Below, one piece after another: positions 25,080 to 36,427 of a stretch of 64,000 nucleotides of DNA. The notes under the pieces are model-generated. The model had not been told where the DNA came from, searched no databases, and saw only the letters and a program-made list of their open reading frames with translations. The position numbers were made by a program, and so were the translations under genes. Every line of letters begins with the position of its first letter. Positions within the stretch are counted from its first letter, which is position 1. The stretch covers positions 106,268,001 through 106,332,000 of the forward strand of contig NC_135809.1 of the NCBI RefSeq assembly GCF_964213995.1, in the 5' to 3' direction. The DNA is from Mustelus asterias. Taxonomy: Eukaryota.

Positions 25080-26100
25080 AACATAGGAATATAGGAACAA
25101 GGGTAAACCATTGAACCCATCAAGCCTTCTTGATCATGGCTGATCATCTACTTCAATTTTCCACACTATCCCCATATCCATTGATGTTATCAATCTCCAG
25201 AAACCTATTAATTTCTGTCTTAAATATGCTCAATGACTATGCTGCCAAAGCACTTTGGACTAGAGAGTTCCAAGATTCTTCACTACCTGAATGAAAAAAT
25301 CCCATTTCATTTCCGTGGTAAACGGCCGACATTTTATCCTGAAATTATTTCCCCTAGTTTTAGACTCGCCAGCCAGGGAAACATCATTCATGCCTGTAAG
25401 AATGTTGTAAATTCCAATGAAGGCACCCTTAATTCTTCAAAACTCTAGGAAGTACAGACCCAGTCTCATTAATTTCTCCTCATTAGACAATTCCGTCATG
25501 TCAGGGGATTAATCTGGTGAACCTCGTTGCACTCCCTCTATGGCACAGGTATCCCTCCTTAGATAAGGGAACTTAAACTGTGCACAATACACTTGGTGAG
25601 GTCTCACCAAAGCTCTATACAATTGCAGCAAGACATCTTTACTCCTGTACTCAAATCCCCTTGCAATGACGGCCAACATACCGAATTGTTTGCTGCATCT
25701 GCATGCTAACTTGTAGTGACACATGAACAAGGACACCAATGTCCCTTCGGACACCTGTACCTCTCAATCTCTCATCATTTAAGATATACTCTGCCTTTCT
25801 GTTTTTTCTACCAAAGTGCATAACTTCACATTTATTCACATTATATTCTATCTGCCATGTTCTAGCCCAATCACTTAGCTTTTTCAAATCCTCTGGAAGC
25901 CACCTTGTATCCTTCTTCACAACTTACATTCCCATTCATTCATCAGGAAACATGGAATTATTACAATTGGTCTACAGATCCAAATCATTTATATAGATTG
26001 TGATCAACTGTGGACCTAGTACTGAACCTTAAGGTGCCTCATTTAGTAACAGCCTATCATCCTGAAAATGATCTGTTTATTTTGACTCCCTGCATTCTGT
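25080..26100 (-). mobile_element. CR1 LINE 3' region, interrupted by Penelope
   Basis: DWARTWQIEYNVNKCEVMHFG; LLQLYRALVRPH. Confidence 0.85.
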
Positions 26101-26164
26101 TTGTTACAGTAAGAAGTTTAACAACACCAGGTTAAAGTCCAACAGGTTTATTTGGTAGCAAAAG

Positions 26165-26209
26165 CCACACAAGCTTTCGGAGCTGCAAGCCCCTTCTTCA
26201 GGTGAGTGG
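26165..26209 (-). ncRNA. minimal type-I hammerhead ribozyme
   Basis: Reverse strand CCACTCAC-CTGAAGA-aGGGGC ttgca GCTCC-GAAA-GCTT-GTGTGG. Confidence 0.75.
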
Positions 26210-26397
26210 GAATTCTGTTCACAAACAGAGCATATAAAGACACAAACTCAATTTACATGAATAATGGTTGGAATGCGAATACTTACAACTAATCAAGTCT
26301 TTAAGAAACAAAACAGCATGAGTGGAGAGAGCATCAAGACAAGCTAAAAAGATGTGTATTGTCTCCAGACAAGACAGCCAGTGAAACTCTGTGGGGG

Positions 26398-27908
26398 TTA
26401 CAAATAGTGGGACATGAACCCAATATCCCAGTTGAGGCCGTCCTCGTGTGTGCGGAACTTGGCTATCAGTTTCTGCTCAGCGACTCTGCGCCGTCGTGTG
26501 TCGCGAAGGCCGCCTTGGAGAACGCTGACCCGAATATCCGAGGCCGAATGCCCGTGACCGCTGAAGTGCTCCCCAACAGGAAGAGAACAGTCTTGCCTGG
26601 TGATTGTCGAGCGGTGTTCATTCATCCGTTGTCGCAGCGTCTGCATAGTTTCCCCAATGTACCATGCCTCGGGACATCCTTTCTTGCAGCGTATCAGGTA
26701 GACAACGTTGGCCGAGTTGCAAGAGTATGTACCGTGTAACTGGTGGATGGTGTTCTCACGTGAGATGATGGCATCTGTGTCGATGATCCGGCACGTCTTG
26801 CAGAGGTTGCTGTGGCAGGGTTGTGTGGTGTCATGGTCACTGTTCTCCTGAAGGCTGGGTAGTTTGCTGCGGACAATGGTCTGTTTGAGGTTGTGCGGTT
26901 CTTTGAAGGCAAGAAGTGGGGGTGTGGGGATGGCCTTGGCGAGATGTTCGTCTTCATCAATGACATGTTGAAGGCTCCGGAGGAGATGCCGTAGCTTCTC
27001 TGCTCCGGGGAAGTACTGGACAACGAAGGGTACTCTGTCCACTGTGTCCCGTGTTTGTCTTCTGAGGAGGTCGGTGCGGTTTTTCGCTGTGGCGCGTTGG
27101 AACTGTTGATCAATGAGTCGAGCGCCATATTCTATTCTTATGAGGGCATCTTTCAGCGTCTGGAGGTGTCTGTTGCGATCCTCCTCATCCGAGCAGATCC
27201 TGTGTATACGGAGGGTTTGTCCGTAGGGGATGGCTTCTTTAACGTGTTTAGGGTGGAAGCTGGAGAAGTGGAGCATCGTGAGGTTATCCGTGGGCTTGCG
27301 GTACAGTGAGGTGCTGAGGTGACCGTCCTTAATGGAGATGCGTGTGTCCAAGAATGCAACCGATTCCGGAGAGTAGTCTATGGTGAGTCTGATGGTGGGA
27401 TGGAACTTGTTGATGTCATCATAGAGTTGTTTCAGTGATTGTTCACCATGAGTCCAAAGGAAGAAAATGTCATCGATGTATCTAGTGTATAGCATCGGTT
27501 GAAGGTCCCGTGCTGTGAAGAAGTCTTGTTCGAACCTGTGCATGAAGATGTTGGCATATTGAGGTGCGAATTTGGTCTCCATGGCTGTTCCGTGTGTCTG
27601 GATGAAGAACTGGTTGTTGAAGGTGAAGATATTGTGGTCCAGGATGAAGCGGATGAGATGTAAAATTGCATCTGGAAACTGGCAGTTGTTGGCGCTGAGC
27701 ACTGAGGCCGTTGCAGCAATGCCATCGTCATGGGGGATGCTGGTGTAGAGTGCCGAGACATCCATTGTGACGAGGAGCGCTCCTGGTTCAACTGCTCCAT
27801 GTGTGCCGAGTTTCTGTAGGAAGTCCGTCGTGTCGCGACAAAAGCTGGGGGTTCTTTGTACAATGGGTTTCAGGATGCCCTCGACATAGCCGGAGAGGTT
27901 CTCGCACA
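26398..27908 (-). CDS. Penelope RT + GIY-YIG endonuclease (5'-truncated, ~500 codons open)
   Basis: TMDVSALYTSI, QTHGTAM..FAP, YIDD, STSLYRKPTD, Cys-rich linker, NVVYLIRC..WYIGET..RMNEH. Confidence 0.93.
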
Positions 27909-28347
27909 GGCATGGTACATTGGGGAAACTATGCAGACGCTGCAACAACGGATGAATGAACACCGCTCGACAATCACCAGGCAAGACTGTTCTCTTCCTG
28001 TTGGGGACCACTTCAGTGGTCACGGGCATTCGGCCTCGGATATTCGGGTAAGCGTTCTCCAAGGCGGCCTTCGCGACACACGACGGCGCAGAGTCGCTGA
28101 GCAGAAACTGATAGCCAAGTTCCGCACACACGAGGACGGCCTCAACCGGGATATTGGGTTCATGTCCCACTATTTGTAACCCCCACAGAGTTTCACTGGC
28201 TGTATTGTCTATGATTTCTATGATGCTCTCTCCACTCATGCTGTTTTGTTTCTTAAAGACTTGATTAGTTGTAAGTATTCGCATTCCAACCATTATTCAT
28301 GTAAATTGAGTTTGTGTCTTTATATGCTCTGTTTGTGAACAGAATTC

Positions 28348-28392
28348 CCACTCACCTGAAGAAGGGGCTTGCAGCTCCGAAAGCTTGTGTGG
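28348..28392 (+). ncRNA. minimal type-I hammerhead ribozyme
   Basis: CUGAAGA core, stem II, GAAA, palindromic AAGCUU stem III, stem I CCAC(T)CAC/GTGTGG. Confidence 0.75.
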
Positions 28393-28544
28393 CTTTTGCT
28401 ACCAAATAAACCTGTTGGACTTTAACCTGGTGTTGTTAAACTTCTTACTGTGTTTACCCCAGTCCAACGCCGGCATCTCCACATCCTGTTTGTTAACCAG
28501 TTACCAATCCAAAGAAGTTTATTTCCCACAATCCTAAGCATTGA

Positions 28545-28830
28545 AACATACAAAGTAGGAGCAGGTGTTGGCCTTTCAAGCCTGCTCGACCATTCATCAG
28601 ATCATGGCTGATCATCCAACTCAATAGCCTGATCCCACCTTACCCCCATATCTTTTGATCCCCTTTACCTCAAGTGCTTTGGCTGGAATTTTCGGGACAT
28701 TCACACACCCAAGCGAGGATGGATAATTTGGCGCTCAGCCAAATCTCCGTTCACTGCAGCGGGACCAGAGAATCCCACCAGCATGAACGGCTGGAAAACT
28801 TCACCCTATATCTAACCACTTCTTGAAAAC
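28545..28830 (-). mobile_element. CR1 3' end, interrupted by a ~125-bp MITE-like piece (about 28681-28806)
   Basis: GTAGGAGCAGG..GATCATGGCTGATC tail; insert GGCTGGAATTTTC..GAAAACTTCACCC. Confidence 0.6.
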
Positions 28831-29656
28831 AACGATAAATTCCTTAATTACACAGAAATTAAACATTTCTGCCTCGTTTCAAACCACGGATCATTTGTGG
28901 GTTAGGTGAATGTGATAACCACTACACTACAGGAATAGAGTGGTAACAGTGTGCACTCTAATTTGATTAACTAACCTCCTGTGTGGGATCTTAAGCACTG
29001 TAAGAACAAGCCTTTCACATGGGCAGGCCAGTATCAATGTGGCTTTCACTACTTAACGGCTTTCCAGACTGTTTCATTGTGATCTCACCTAATGATGCTG
29101 GCAAATTCCATGCAGCTTGGGAAATCCTAGCACTGGCTATTGAAGTCAGAAACCTGTGTTAAAACCGCAATTAATTGCATGTTTGAATATTTAAATCACT
29201 GGTCCGATATTGGGAATTGCCACTCACTTGGGAAACATGGAAGTAGGCAGGACCAGATAAAACATGGAAATGGGCAGGACCAGAAAGCATTTTTAAGCCA
29301 CCACTTTAGGCAGTTAAAATTTTGCTCTTTGTTTCCCTCCCTGCAATTAACACTGAGATCAGCAGATAACGTTGGCATTTTGCTGCTTCCTTCGGTTTAG
29401 TTCAAAACTTGCCTCCTACCTCCTTTCTGTCGTAGCACCTCTAAACACTGCTCCTCACTCCTGCAATTCTGAGGGATCAAACACAGTTATGAGTGGGAAT
29501 ACTTATGATTATTTCGAGAGATTGGTATTCCTGATCTCACAAAGCCAAGAACTCTCAGTAGAATTTTTCTTCCCTCAGAACAGAAGCCAATGCTCCAGGG
29601 AAAATTAAAAAAGCATGTGAAGATGAAAAGAGCGTGGTCATCTGTCTGTGTCAAAT

Positions 29657-30045
29657 GTCATAGAGTCATAGAGACGTAGAGGTTTACATCATGGAATCAG
29701 GTCCTTCGGCCCAACTTGTTCATGCAGCCCCTTTTTTTTTTAACCGCTAAGCTAATCGGTTAAGCTAATCCCAATTGCCTGCATTTGGCCCATATCCCTC
29801 TATACCCATCTTACCCATGTAACTGTCTAAATGCTTTTTAAAAGACAAAATTGTACCCGCCTTTACTACTGCCTCTGGCAGCTCGTTCCAGACACTCACT
29901 CTCCTCTGTGTGAAAAAATTGCCCCTCTGGACCCTTTTGTATCCCTCCTCTCTTAACTTAAACCTATGCCCTCTAGTTTTAGACTCCCCTACCTTTGGGA
30001 AAGGAGTCTAAAACTAGAGGGCATAGGTTTAAGATGAGAGGGGAG
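29657..30045 (-). mobile_element. CR1 3' end with terminal fold-back
   Basis: (CATAGA)-type tail; 29950-30040 is an inverted repeat. Confidence 0.8.
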
Positions 30046-31186
30046 ACCTCACTGAGCGAACCCACAATGATGGCAACACTGATGAATGGAAAGTTGTTGC
30101 CACTTTGGTAGAAGGGAAAGTTTGTGCTTGAGCCAGCAAAGAGACAGCTTTACAGCATATACTGCTGCCAATCACCATCAAAAAGAAAGTTCAGTTCCCC
30201 AAAACGGATAATGACCCTTTATGTGAGGAATATAAAAAAAAACAAAAATCTGAATTCAAAAGAATATTATTTCTTTGAGACTGTGTGTGAGGTAGACTGG
30301 TCGCGTGACCAGAAATTGCTGCAGAAATATTCATACAAATTAATGTTTTTTTGGCTAACATTCAAATCCCCATTGGTTCAGTACTAATATTTAAACATAT
30401 ACTGTATCATAAATGACTGTGATTAAAGGATAAATGTGACCATATGTAATTGAAAATATATTTCATATATTGTCCAATGTTAATTTGTAGACATCATTAA
30501 ATGATTGACAACTGAAAGAAAACACTCTATTAAAAATTTAAAAAGGATTTAATGTTATCATTAACCTGTTTGACGGCAGGTGGTATCACAATTCCTGTGT
30601 TCAGACGATTAAGGCTTGCTTATAAATAATACAAAAGCACAGGTCTTTAAAAGCTAATTAAACACTGGCTCTTTTACATGAATGCACCATAGTCAACTAA
30701 TCTTCTGCTCCATGTTAAATTATTTCTTTTGATCTCATTTTCTTAAGGAAAATCACGTTTGCATGATTAGTTATCATTTCAGATAATTTATTTTCAATTT
30801 TCTCCTTTTTGCTTCCTTCAGATTCCACCCCCGCTTTGGTTCCACCAGTGAGGCTGCATTTGGTTCCTTGCTGAAGTTACCTTTGTTTATATGTATCTGA
30901 TTGCGAGTGTCAGCAACCTATTCAAGTGTATAGGACACCAGCCCAATTCTTTTGATGTCCACCCCCAGACATTTTCCGGCAGGCATTGCTGGAAAGTGAT
31001 GAGGACTGGGAAATATTACAATCCAACTATATCCAGCTGTGACCAGCTAATTCAGATTGAACTTGCAAACATTGTGGCTTCTATGTCTTACGCGTAATGC
31101 CCAAGTATTGCTTCTCCTCTATTCAAGCTAAGGACAGGACGAGTGCACCAGAAGTGCTGGCCAGCTGTCTGAGCAGAGATGATTTC

Positions 31187-32250
31187 TGATTTGATTTGAT
31201 TTATTATTGTCACATTATTGTCTTTTACAAATGCACCATAGAAAGCATTCTTTCTGGCTGTATCACAGCTTGGTCTGGCTCCTGCTCTGCCCAAGACTGC
31301 AAGGAACTACAAATGGTCGTGAATGTAGCCCAATCCATCACGCAAACCAGCCTCCCATCCATTGACTCTGTCTACACTTCCCGCTGCCTCAGCAAAGCAG
31401 CCAGCATAATTAAGGACCCCACGCACAATTCTTTCTTCCACCTTCTTCCTTCGGGGAAAAAGATACAAAAGTCTGAGGTCACGTACCAACCGACTCAAGA
31501 ACAGCTTCTTCCCTGCTGCTGTCAGGCTTTTGAATGGACTTACCTTGCATTAAGTTGATCTTTCTCTACACTCTAGCTATGACTGTAACACAACGTTCTG
31601 CACTCTCTCATTTCCTTCTCTATGAATGGTATGCTTTGTCTGTATAGTGCGCAAGAAACAATACTTTTCACTGTATGTTAGTACATTTGACAATAATAAA
31701 TCAAATCAAATCAAATTAAACATGTATTGGTATACAGTGAAAAATATTGTTTTTTGCATACTATACAGACAAAGCATACCGTACATAGAGAAGGAAAGGA
31801 GAGAGTGCAGAATGCAATGTTACAGTCATAGCCAGGGTGTAGAGAAAGATCAATTTAATGTGAGGTAGGTCCATTCAAATGTCTGATGGCAGCAGGGCAA
31901 AAGCTGTTCTTGAATCGGTTGGTATGTATCTTCAGACTTTTGTATGTTTTTCCCGATGGAAGAAGGTGGGAGAGAGAATGTCCGGGGTGTGAGGGGGCCT
32001 TGATTATGCTGGCTGCTTTTCTGAGGCAGCGGGAAGTGTAGACAGTGTCAATGGGTGGGAGGCTGGTTTCAGTGACGGACTGGGTTTCATTCACAACTCT
32101 TTGTAGTTTATTGTGGCCTTGGGCAGAGCAGGAGCCATACCAAGCTGTGATACAACCAGGAAGAATGCTTTCTATGGTGCATCTCTAAAGGTTGGTGAGA
32201 GTCGTAGCAGATATGCCAAATTTTCTTAGTCTCCTGAAAGTAGAGGTGTT
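31187..32250. mobile_element. two Rex1/Babar 3' fragments, nested in opposite orientation
   Basis: Plus copy ~31214-31716 splits the tail of a minus copy (31187-31213 and 31719-32250). Confidence 0.8.
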
Positions 32251-32599
32251 GACAAAATGAACCAATAGCATTATCAGTCATACGCCTGGCACCAGTCACT
32301 ACCAACCTTGAAGTTTTCTGTCTGCCTTTGCAGAACAGTACAGAAGTCACCCGGACCCAAACATCTGGTAACTCTCGGAAAAGGAAAGATAAAACTTAAC
32401 TTTTGGACTATTTTCATATTGCTATCTTAACTCCTTTAAGTCTCTCAATCTAAAGAGGACACCGGCACAAGGATAACTGCTAAGTCATTGGGGCACCTTT
32501 AAAAATGGGTGTCATGCAGTCAAAGCAAGAAGACTTTGTGGCAAGTGCATTGGCACAACCCCTGCTGCCTCGTTTACATGGTTTTGCAGCATCTGGAGA

Positions 32600-32912
32600 A
32601 TGGTGAAACCCCCATGATTTATGTGATTACCTCAAATTACCTTGGAAAGGCAAAGTTTCTCAAAAATGTAAACAGGTTAAGGAAGCTGTTTCCCACTGTT
32701 ACTATGCAATGGCTAAGCAAGTGATACTTCCCACCAATATGGGAATTGCAGTTCTCAGTCCAAAAGGATGTTCTATCTACCACACAATTGAGCAACACTG
32801 CGTATGAACTTCAGCACTGGTGCAATGCCAATATATAGGCCATAGCCCCAAAGATTGGCTGATAAATCAAACGGTAGGTTCCTTCAGTTGTCCATATTTG
32901 GCAGAGTAAGAT
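32600..32912 (+). mobile_element. old Penelope GIY-YIG relic, left part (split by ERV)
   Basis: YLKLPWKG..KDVLSTTQLSNTAYEL..C...YIG..QRL. Confidence 0.65.
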
Positions 32913-33729
32913 TGTTGCGCCTGTTGCACAGTCTGTTTTAACCTTTATACGGTGGACAAAGAATTGCGAATAGACTTCTTGTTAAAGTAACAATATTTAT
33001 TTATACACAATTATTAATCACCCACTCAATCAACAATTAGTTATCTTATAGAATACTGAAGTTCAAGTCCAATACTAGACCTTGACCTAATTTTTGCGTG
33101 ACTGGTATGTATCCCCGCAGATATTGGCCTTTATCTGTGTGCTGGTTTCCGTAGTCCTCTGCGTAGTCTGGTCCTTTGGTCTGGTCTGATGCTCTGGTTC
33201 TGGTCTTCCTTCCTTCTTGGGTGTGGTGGTTCTCCTTGTGCTGGTCGTTGCTGGTGATGATCACCGTTCGTTCGTTGGAAGAGAGAGAGAGAAAGATTCT
33301 TCTGTTGCGCAGCACCCTTTATACCTCGTTGGTTTTCGCGCCCTTTTTTGACCATTGCCAATCAATCGATCAGGACTTGATCACCCTGATCGATAAGATC
33401 CAAAAAGGTGCAGCCACACCGATCTCTGGGTGTGTACCCAATAGCCATGCCTGGCCAAGCATGTAGGTGCTGGAGGCATGTAGGTCACATACCTCCTTCC
33501 CAAATAAGGAGTTATGGTGCCCCTATATTTGGTAAACAGCCCAGTTTGACCAGAAAGTGTCCTTTGACCTGGAGATGGCTTATATCCTGTGTATTCCAGC
33601 TCTTGCAGCTGCAGCCTGTTCATCTCTGTCCAATTTCTTTTGAGGCTGCAGCCTGTCTGTTTCAGTGCTTGTCCAATTATCACAGCGTGCTCTTGCAAAC
33701 CACCATCTTAGTTGGCCCATTTGGCCACA
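32913..33729 (-). repeat. 3' LTR
   Basis: TG..CA on minus strand (TGTGGCC...GCGCAACA); TATAAA near 33320, AATAAA near 33000; preceded by PPT CAACAGGAGGGAC (33730-33742). Confidence 0.88.
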
Positions 33730-34089
33730 GTCCCTCCTGTTGATCCTGAAGGTGAAGCGTGATAGATCACAGACTCAGGACCAATATCTGTCAGGAACTC
33801 CCCAGTCACTCAACAGTCAAGCAAGGCCCAGGCACTGGCATGCAAAGTAATAACACATTCCCATAGCATATGTACATTCCAGAAGCTACAGACAGCAAAC
33901 ATTCTACTGTTACAACTACCACAGATTCTACAACACCAACGTTACCATAGGCCAATGACAAACCAAAACATTCAAACAATCAATGCAATAAAGTATTCAC
34001 AAATCCGGTCTATATTCTGATATTAAGATTTTCAACTGTCCATTAGTGCAAATAGCAAACCAGCAGGTTTCCTATAAACATTCCTCTAT

Positions 34090-35165
34090 TGAATTACAGG
34101 GGACCGTGATTCGAGGATGAACCCTACGTCCTGCCTCTGGGTGATCCTCTTTTTCCATCGGCTGAATTGGACTGTGGGGATGATGAACAAGGGTGAACAA
34201 AATCAGTAATACCGCCAGGTGTGACATTATGCGAACGAATGGGTGGATTTGGATGTTTGAGCCCCAGTTCCAAAGATCATCCCAATTAAGGTGGCCTTAA
34301 TTTCTTTAATTTTCCTTTTCACCTCTTGGGTCTGCTGTATTACTTTAGTGAAGGTTCTGTGGACTGTAGCCAATTTTATTCGAATCTGGTTCAACTCCTC
34401 CAGGAAGGGTTTTAGGCTTGTGTCATATTTCTCATGGTTCTCCGCTAGAGTCTGTCGGAGTTCGTCAGTGGCATTTAAATCTACCCTCTCCCTCTTGTGA
34501 ATGTCTATGAGTTGAATGAGGCCCACCCTGGCTGGTATGTCTGGTTTGATGCAGAATGTAGTGTTAGTAATGTCGCAATGTGTCGCGCCATCCTAATATT
34601 GTTTCAAGGAGGTGGTGAGACAGTATCTCCCTGATCCCTTGTAAGCCACCGAGTTATGTCTGTGTCCAGGCTACGAGCTTCTACTGAGCAATTTAGGCTA
34701 GTGTTTGTTCTGAAGCCACACAGTGCATGCTCATTTAAGTAAACTGGGTACGGGCATGTGATTATTTCGTCAGTTTGCTGACATCTGTCCAGAGTAGTGC
34801 CTATGCATCTCCCTTCTTTCTCCACTGCATACGGTAAAGTGCCGTCATACCCTATCCAGATATCCTCATGGATAGTTCCTATGTTTTCTACTTCAAAAAC
34901 CCTCAGTCCAACCCGGTCATCAGTGATTATGAGGAGCCCTAATATCATTTCCAGGGCTTTCCTTGGAGTCCCTTTGCAGTCATCATTGAACCAGACTTTG
35001 GTCAATTGTCGCCTCTGGCAGCCAGATAACTTTGGGTGTTTTTAAAGTGTTCCATCTGCTCGTCATTAATCCAAAATGGAACCTGTCCACTGCGTAACCT
35101 GCTCTAGGTTTTCCCTTAGCTGCTCTATCATCCACTGTCCATATGCACTACATGAAGTCTGGTTC
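34090..35165 (-). pseudogene. env: env TM-subunit relic
   Basis: LRSGQVPFWI..FEVENIG..PYA..LDRC..ITCP..CG..NCSVEA..GSGRYC, heptad region, WDDLWNWG, hydrophobic TM; frameshifts and a stop. Confidence 0.8.
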
Positions 35166-35931
35166 TGATTTTAAAATTTAGCACTGTTGCCTTGGTGATT
35201 TTAAAATTTTAGCACTGTTGCCTTGAAGTCCTGTCTTAACTGGAGAAAGGTGGCCAAAAAGCATGGCGTCGGATGGTGTAGGTAACCTGGTTAAGTGGGT
35301 GTTTCCATCAGAGATTCTTGTACCTTGCATTGGTCTGCATTGTAGGCTGAATTTCATCATTTGGAGCACCTTAGATTTCGTCATTCGACATTTCCATTAA
35401 CAAATTGCCCAACAGACACTCATCCTCTGAATTATTTGTCTCATGGGGCTCCATCATTACCTCCTCACCTGGCCTCCATACCCATGTCTATTCGTTGGAC
35501 TGCACTGTGGGGGTCTGTGTTTGGATCTGAGTTCGGGAGTCCTTTATCCTCATCTCCCATTCTAATCAATCTGTGTCTGGTCCTTTACCCAGGTGGTGGA
35601 TGCAGCATCGGGTGTACCCATCAAAATGTTGTTTAGTCAGGGCCTCACTGTTGGGTCTGAGGCTAGTAAGGCGTATGTTTTTGGGGAATCCATAATGCTG
35701 CGATGACCGATATCTAACGAGTCGCGCCAGTCCTCTCGGGTGCACAAATCTCTTGTTAGTCCAGGTCGATCAGTACACCGAGGGGCTCTTCAGGTGTGGA
35801 AGAGGCTTTTGGCGGTAGCGTGATAGGGGTAAGGGTCTGGTTTGAACCTGGAAGCGGATGAGAAGGTGTCCGGGGAAATACATTTATTGGGTGAGGCCCC
35901 TCTGGTCGCCTAGTGTCATCCTCCCTATCGC

Positions 35932-36138
35932 TCATGTGAGATGGTGGAAGTGATTATTCTGAGTCCCATAAGCTTTCAGTTGATTTACGTGGAACCAACT
36001 AGTTTTGCCGTTAGTGAACAAGACCTTATACACTGAGGGGCTTATTTTGTCTGTCATGGTGTGCGGGCCTGCATATCTGGGGGACAAGAAAGAACTGGGA
36101 TTGTAGAGGGAAATCATTACCTGCTGGCCAACTGTATA
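35932..36138 (-). pseudogene. pol: integrase C-terminal (GPY/F-like) fragment
   Basis: YTVGQQVMI..LSPRYAGPH..VYKV..WFHVNQLKAY. Confidence 0.8.
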
Positions 36139-36405
36139 GAGTTTACCCTATTCTCCTTGTTAGTGACAATGCATGCACAATAAACAATTTCCCAAAAGCA
36201 GTTATTTGTCCAATAAAGAGTATACACCTGGTGGCTCTGAGTTTTAAATAATCGTTCAATATACCTTCCACTCCCCTCAATTTACGTGAAAGCCTGGCCG
36301 TCACATAGGGCATTTGCCGTCTTAATTCAGGCTCAGGCTAAATCTCCAGGAATATTAGGTTCCGTGGGATTCGATATCGGAGCAACAAAGTTACTTCTTG
36401 TCAAT

Positions 36406-36423
36406 GTCCCACCGAAGTCACCA
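36406..36423 (-). promoter_or_regulatory. primer-binding site, tRNA-Arg(UCU)-like
   Basis: TGGTGACTTCGGTGGGAC a few nt after the 5' LTR; close to the complement of the vertebrate tRNA-Arg(UCU) 3' end (recalled). Confidence 0.6.
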
Positions 36424-36427
36424 ATTA

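Larger units (their letters stand above)
26107..28485 (-). mobile_element. Penelope-like element, 5'-truncated, with ~540-bp inverted pseudo-LTR and 3' tail
   Basis: 26107-~26670 is the reverse complement of 27908-28450; TSD CTGTTTGTTA at 26097-26106 and 28486-28495. Confidence 0.95.

Noticed and set aside
27909-28293. N-terminal ~129 aa of the computed 631-aa ORF as a novel domain
   Set aside because: It is antisense read-through of the inverted pseudo-LTR, near-identical to the antisense ORF at 26359
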